DNA of 64,000 nucleotides from positions 434,001-498,000 of the forward strand of contig OX337232.1 in assembly GCA_946965045.2 (NCBI GenBank), given 5' to 3'. The stretch comes from Epithemia pelagica. Taxonomy: Eukaryota; Protista; Bacillariophyta. Below are positions 57,002-64,000 of this stretch, piece after piece. The notes under the pieces are model-generated. The model was not told where the DNA came from. It was given only the letters and a program-made list of their open reading frames with translations, and ran no database searches. A program made the position numbers and the translations under genes. Numbering within the stretch: the first letter of the stretch is position 1; each line of letters opens with the position of its first letter.

Positions 57002-57636
57002 GTCTCGGAGGGTCTCTCGTCGCGACGTGGAAAAAAGATCGCTCACTAGCAATGCGACCGATCTGCGGAAGCGACCAGCGACGAGTGGAGTCGCATAGAT
57101 GTCTCTACGACATGTCTCATGACATGTCACAGCTCTTATATCCGTTGGCTTCCGAATTCCGAATCGATGGTGTGTGTGGGTTCGAACAGTGCTTGATGCC
57201 CTCGTCGTGTTGGATCTTTTTGTTATATGTGTGGTGCGGTTGTATTCCCAAACCAAAAAGAAAGATGTATAGGGTCGGATCTAAGATGTTCAATGTATAT
57301 ATCGAATCACACACCTGCTGGTGCTGGTATAATATGTAGGTCCCCTGTGAATGCTCCTCGGTTCTTCATTCTGGTCACACCGCGAAAGCAGCATCATCCA
57401 AACAACAACTGGAAGACACATCATATCCTCAGACTGTGCCACCACACGGAGGCATTGTCCACCAACCACATCTTCACTCTCCATAAAGGGTGTGATACCA
57501 AGGAAGAAGAAAACAACGATCCAACCACGACGCCAAACCCCGAATGTCCCAACAGGACTGTAGTATTACGACGGTCCAACCACCACCACGACCCTCGCAA
57601 CGGCAACGCTTTGTTCCAGGGCACAAGGACACGGAC

Positions 57637-60600
57637 ATGAACCACAAGGAACAAACAACGACGACGACAACAACAACAACAACAACCTGCCGTTCCTCGC
57701 CTGTCAATAAGGGCTGGATGGGAATGATTGTGTGGCTGTCCATTGTCGTCGTCGTCGTCGTCTGCCGGGTGGCGGCGTTGACTCTGTACCACTACAAGGA
57801 CCACGACAGGAACTATGCAGGGCTGCTATTCTACACCTCGTCCTCCTCCTCCTCCTCTGTCATGTTTCTTCTTCTTGGGTGGGTCTTGTTGGTCGTGTTG
57901 CTGCTGCAACTAGGAGTGTTGTGGGTATGGCATGGTTGGGGACTGCATGTTGTTGGGGTGGCAATGCTTCGGAGTAGTTTTATTCAAGGACCCTGGAAGA
58001 ATCGCACGACAACAACGACATCGACCCGACACACGGTCATGGTCGTCCAGGACGACAACAGTACCAAGAACAACCACAAAATCCCATGTCATCCAAGACG
58101 ACAACAAAGACAAGGACGGTCGTCCAAGAATCGAATCGACTCCCACCCATGCCTGTTGTCCCATCATCATCTACATTGTTGGGTTGGTATGCGAGTCGTC
58201 GACAAGCACGACAAGCAGCTATTCAATGGGACACACCTTTTCCTCGTTCATGTCGTTCGACTAGCAATGTCTGGCGATTGATGGATCGAGACGACGACAA
58301 CAACAACGAATGGACGTATTGTGCCTTTGACTCTCTCCAGCAAGCCGTGGAGATTGTCGATACTAGTACTACTACGAATAAGAAGAGCCAGGACCAGAAC
58401 CATCCTCGTCACCACCAATATCATCATCCTTCCTTGTGGCACCCCTTGTCGTCGTTGTCGTCGTTCCACCGCCCATACATCCACAGCAGCCGCAACAACA
58501 CTCCCACCATTGTCTATCGACGACGATTGCCATGGCCATCCACGTGGGTCCCGGAGGATGGATCTCGCTACAAATTGGTCCTCCACCATCACAGGGGTAA
58601 TGGTGTGGACGACGACGTGCTGGCCTCCTCGTGTCGTGTCTATTGGAATCGACAGCCAGTTGTCGCTGTCGTACAACCACAACCACAAGAACAAGAGAAT
58701 GGCCGTCGTCGCCTCCCTTCATCCTGTGAATGGGACCTGACACCCAACTTGTAAGCACAACAAGACGGAGGACAGCGTCATCATCATGAATTGATGATAA
58801 TGAGCATGCGTGGCTCGTTGTTGTTGAATCAATTGGTGGTTGAACTGATTCGTCAACCTCCACAGGCCGACCTGATCCACTACCAGGTCCAGGCAGAAGC
58901 CAATGGACACTTGCAGGTGCAAGTGGATTGTCAACCACCATCACAATCACCACCATTCAATACGGAACCAACGATGACGACTACTACGACGACGACACCC
59001 AAGGACGACGACCACCACGAAACGAACAAGAATACGCCTACGCACACCAACGCGAGACTACAACACAGTGGACGCTTTTTGAAATTGGCCTTGTACCAAG
59101 ATTCCTACCACGAACCAACCGATTATGACGACGAGCACAACAACAACAAGAGCCATCACGAAGCTACTAGTAGGAGGGACCCGCATCCTCAGTCGCCTCA
59201 TTGTAGTACCACTGCAAGGCGCACTGGGTGTCCTCCTCGTGCTCCCCTCAATCAATGGCGAGCAGGACCCTGTCTGTGGCAGAAGACCATTTATTTGCCC
59301 CCGCAGGTCCATTCGGCGAGTGTCTCGACGCAACTGGACACGACCCATGCGATTCAACCCTGGACGGCCGAAACACCGCACTTGTATACCTTGGTCCTTT
59401 CCTTGCATTCTGCCATTCGAATGCCGCAGTCATCACCTTTGGGCACAAATGACAACGGCAACCAAGACGACAATGACAACGACTCGGGGAGCAACAGGCT
59501 TGTCCCTGGACCCACTGTGCAAGCCGAATCCTGTCGTGTGGGATTCCGAACCATTTCCATCCACCACCACGACGGCGGTAAACTGTGCCTCAATCACAAA
59601 CCCATTACCCTTTGCGGAGTCCATTGGAACGACACGAATACTACGGACAAGGTTTGTTCCATGATTCGAGACATCCGGTTGTTGAAACAATACAATTTCA
59701 ATGCCGTCCGGATCACCCGTCAGGATGACTTTCCCAGCAATAACGCATCCGCCGCCTTTTATCGCATCTGTGATGCCTACGGACTCTATGTCTGGAATGA
59801 ACTCACGTTAGATGTAGACCCAAAAACTACTACCCACAGGCATGGTAGGAATTCGATTTGGCCCCAGTGGTGGTGGCAACAAGCAGGTCGTCAATATGAT
59901 TTGGCCGACGCCACGACCATGGTGTCTCGCAGCATATCGCGACTTGTACAAAAGGATTATAACCATCCTTCTGTCATTGTCTGGTCGTTGGGGAACAACA
60001 AGCACCATATCACCCATGACCTGGATGCATCACCACTTTCTTGGTGGAACTTTGTTTCCCAACCAAGTTTTATGAGCACCCGTGAACGCAATTTCCGTCA
60101 AGCCCGCCGAGTGATTGAACAATTGGACAATTCTCGACCCATTTGTTACAATGGTAAATGTCCTCACAACCACACCCATTCGACGTGACATGAAGGAATG
60201 GACCGAACGTTCCGACTTGGTGTGTACGGCTCCGTCTGTACTCCAAACAATTATCAGGGAAACAGAGGATACTAGCACTGCGGCCATCTTGACCGATTCG
60301 CCGCTGGACCACCGACTAGGTACGTGCCGCGGCACTGGCTTTGAAATAGGATTGTTGCTGGATTGTTTGTTTCTGTTTCTCCTTTGATTCTCATTTTCTG
60401 TCTTGTTCTGTTGCCTCTCTCCAATATGTACAACTATAGTCATTTTGTCGGAATACTCCCGTGTCGTGGGAAATTCCAATGGTAATCTTGACCGCTATTG
60501 GAAAGCCTTTTGGGACCCAAACCAACCTCGCCTCCAAGGGGGATTTGTTGGAGACATGGTAGACCAAGATGTCCGCGTCATTGTACGTCCATCCAAATAC

Positions 60601-62874
60601 AACGACCACAACAAGTCACACTCCTACGGTGACCCCATGATGGGAGATGCCATTGACGATCCACGCCATGTCCATGTAAGTCCGTCTGTAGATTGTTTCT
60701 TCTTGCCAACACGTATGCGATTTTTATTCCTCATTCCGTTTCTTGAATCGTGGTGGGTATTGCTTCAGGGTATCTTCACTCCTGACCGTGAACCTCATCC
60801 AGCAGCGCTGGAGCTAAAGTTTTTGCAGCAACCCGTGATATTCGTTCCGGATGGTGGTCCGGAACATGAGGAGAAGGATGAAACATATGCTCCCACGCTG
60901 ATACGTGTCAAAGTGTGCAAGAACCATCAGGCAAGTATCCCAATTCTTTGGGGTTTCTCTAATCCGTATTCTGCAGAGATTTGTTTGGATGTGGTAAATC
61001 GATAACCCTTTTGCGATCTGTCACGCATATCCTGGTCGTGGCAACTGGTATCCAATCGAAGTATCAAGCCTATTCGCAAAGAAGCATTTCATGTTACCGT
61101 TCGGGCCACGAATAGGACAACTGATGCTACAGACGACAGGGGCGAAGAGGCTTCGGTGGAGCACATGGCTACAGTTTCGCTCGACAATGTCATTTCACGT
61201 GTGCTGCAGCTGGAAAAGACACGACCACCGGGAACAGGCAATTCCTTTTTTCTCAATCTTCGGGGCCATTTAAACCGCCGCATTCCATGGGCCAATATCG
61301 GTCACGTCCTCATCACACAACAATTCCCCATTGTGTTTGACTTTCCTCCTGAAATCATGGCAATGGAGGCCGTGCCCACGATTCCTAAGCTTCCAGTATC
61401 GCGTAGTTCTTCAATGACCACCATGTCGGTGGAAACGACAGACAAGCTGGTCACAATCTACACGACCCAGAACAGCGGTCCAACAACACGCCCCATTCCT
61501 CTCGCATCGATTGACAAGACAACGGGAGCCTTGCAGTCGTATTATTCTGTCATGGACGGCCGCAATTGGTTGGCCCATCCCTTGACTCCCAACTTTACAC
61601 GAGCGGCTACGGAAAATGACAAGCGTGGTCGAGGCCAACCTCATGATTCTCCCATGTTTCCACTCCTCGCCGATCTGGTGGAATGGACTCAATTAAAGCT
61701 GGGAAGTAGCGGATTGTCTCATGCCCATCATTGGTCCTCAGTCGGACTTTCGCAGGACTGTCCACCAAAACTAAAGTGTTTCAACCTCACGGTGCAAAAG
61801 GAAGGGGACAAGGATGATAACCACAAGGACAGGAATGACCACTGCGGTATAGGAGGACCACATGTGGTGGTTCACGCCCAGTGTCAGGTCTGTCACAATT
61901 TTCGTCCCGTGGTCTTGTTCACTGTGGATATCACATACACCGTCTATGGGACGAGTGGTCAAGTGCACCTGTCGCAACGGGTCCGACCGCAAGATCCCGC
62001 ATTGGAACGATTGGTCTCCATGCCACGCATTGGCTTGTATACGGAATTGCGTCCCGCCATCGCAGACTGCTCCTCCTCCTCCTCATCATCATGGAGTAAT
62101 AATAGGTTGTGGTATTATGGTCGAGGTCCGCATGAAAATTATCCCGACCGTCAAGCATCGACGGAATGGGGTGTGTTCGAAACCACACCATTCGACATGG
62201 GTCATGACCAGTACATTGTGCCGGGAGAAAATGGATGTCGCTCGGACTGCGAATGGATTGCCTTTGGTGTTCCACCATCAGGGTCATCCAACGAGACAAC
62301 ACATTGTGACGATGCCCGCAACAACAACAAAACCAACAACAAGGTGGATGGCTTGTTGATTGTTTCCACTTCGTCAAGTCGTTCCTCGTTGCAACCAGGC
62401 AATGCTCCATGCAATAAGCCATCCGTCTTTCATTGCAGTGCATTGGTGCATTCCGCAGTGGATTTGGAAACCGCACATACCCATGCCGATTTGCAAACCT
62501 TGACGGCCACATCCTTGAAGAATACTGCCACCGACCCTCCAACCACCACCACGACAGGATCGTCCGTGGTGTGTCTGTTGTTGGACGATCAACTCATGGG
62601 TGTGGGGCAAGCCATCCGTGTGGGCAACGGTTCATCCGAGTATTGTTCGTATGTGGATCCCGACTGTCGCGTTTCTTTTTCGAGTGCTGCGGCTGCGGTG
62701 TACGAGTATTCCATTGCCCTCTGTCCCCTGGTCGCCCCGTCCTCCCATCCGGACGACCGGTGGCTGGATCCATTCACTGTATCGTACGTGGCCCGAGCCG
62801 TGGCAACGCACCACCATTGTCCGAAACTACTACAACAACGGCGATTGGGTACCAACCGCAGGAGCGGCAGCTGA
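57637..62874 (+). pseudogene. Degenerate LacZ-type GH2 beta-galactosidase with an N-terminal TM region
   Basis: RVGFRTI, LLKQYNFNAVR, CDAYGLYVWNE, YNHPSVIVWSLGN, ILSEYS..GNSNGNL, GIFTPDREPHP, YGRGPHENYPDR. In-frame TAA at 58752-58754, frame changes near 58100 and 60150, likely introns at ~60321-60437 and ~60676-60767. Confidence 0.85.
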
Positions 62875-63676
62875 GAACCGTGTGTGTACCATCCACTGGG
62901 AACAGACTCCCAAAAAAGAGGGGGACGACGACAACAACAACGACAGTTGGAAACCACACAAAAAAGCACCACATCCAAACACTGCGCGCAAGGTCCCAAC
63001 ACGAAACAACAACAAAAACCGCGGCGACAACAGGACGATTCCCTCTCACATTCCGTTGTGGGGTTTTGTGGGTGTGGTGTCGTTCGGATGGATGACACCT
63101 CCACAGAATGCCGAGCCAGTGTTTCCCACACTCCATACAATAGACCACCCTGTGTGGGAAATGAATGTGGTTCGGCAACTGTGGACCAAAAGGAGGACAC
63201 CAAGACGCGCATCCTCAAAATAAGTCACCATCACACTCTCTCTATAATACGACAGAGAAATCCATTCCACGGTCCTGTTATCGAATGCTAATACTTACTA
63301 CCAGTGATTCTCCGTGGAGGATCCTATCATGGATCTAACCAAAATAGACAAAACATAATTGGTACCATAGACCGAGGAACTGTGCGTATATAGAAATCCT
63401 TGTTCCAACATGTGTGATATTTTGTGGATCCATATATGAGGAAGAAGAGGTGTGTGTGTCATTCCGGATCACACGGTGGAGCGGTCCCAACACAACGAAC
63501 CGTCGACGCAGTCCACGCGTGCTGTGGAAACAACCTACCTAGGTGGACCCAATAGTGTCCAAAAAGAGGAATCTGCCAATGGTGAGGAATCAACCGAGGC
63601 GGGTTCGCCGAAACTCGCCTCTTGTAATTCCTCGCCATTGGCAGCTTCCCCTTGTTGGACAATATAGTGGGTCCAT

Positions 63677-64000
63677 CTAGGATATGTTTCCAGCTTTGTC
63701 TAGTGCAGCAGCACGATGATTCACGGCTGCAGGTACGGGTCCTTTTGTTCGGACAACGTTGGACCCGTTGGTCTGCTGAGACGTGCTGGCAGCATCAGTG
63801 TTGTTCCCGTCAATGCTTGACAGGCCCTGTTCTTGTTGGTCTTGACGTTTGACCTCTCCCACCGGAGGCGGTGGAGGCTGCCGTGCACGGAGTGCTTGAT
63901 CCAGTGCGGCGGATACCTCTGCTTGATCCGGCGGGTTTTCCGCAAGACTTGGCACATACGCCTGAATTGTGACAATAACCGAGGACCGCACAGCATCCAC
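63677..64000 (-). CDS. Possible 3' part of a gene entering from the right edge
   Basis: Open frame to the window edge with coding-like composition; no recognisable motif. Confidence 0.3.
   Translation of the reverse strand: MDAVRSSVIVTIQAYVPSLAENPPDQAEVSAALDQALRARQPPPPPVGEVKRQDQQEQGLSSIDGNNTDAASTSQQTNGSNVVRTKGPVPAAVNHRAAALDKAGNIS

Overview
Eukaryotic DNA with GT-AG introns, most likely a pennate diatom (inferred from signal-plus-Phe plastid presequences, Thr/Gln/Asn-rich low-complexity proteins, a CoDi-like copia and an Ambal-like LINE). Host genes: Xaa-Pro aminopeptidase 5' part (left edge, minus strand), a kelch protein, a glutathione S-transferase, SEPSECS, a degenerate LacZ-type GH2 beta-galactosidase, and several small organelle-targeted single-pass coiled-coil proteins. 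Positions 611-33444 are three head-to-tail copies of a chimeric ~5.8 kb unit. The unit is built from pieces homologous to loci elsewhere in the window (aminopeptidase 5' end, GST-upstream DNA, the 54.8 kb plastid coiled-coil gene, the beta-galactosidase). The copies carry different insertions. One is a complete 7.6 kb four-gene Crypton-type tyrosine-recombinase element; its filled site, empty site and deleted remnant are all visible. Others are a young copia element with gag and pol separated by one in-frame UGA, and non-autonomous Harbinger-like, MULE-like, hAT-like and TA-flanked elements. A full-length 8.2 kb Ambal-like LINE with a 17-bp TSD ends in a sense-strand poly(T)26 tail behind a structured 3' UTR with partial HDV-ribozyme-like features. 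All calls come from reading and hand alignment; no database searches were run.
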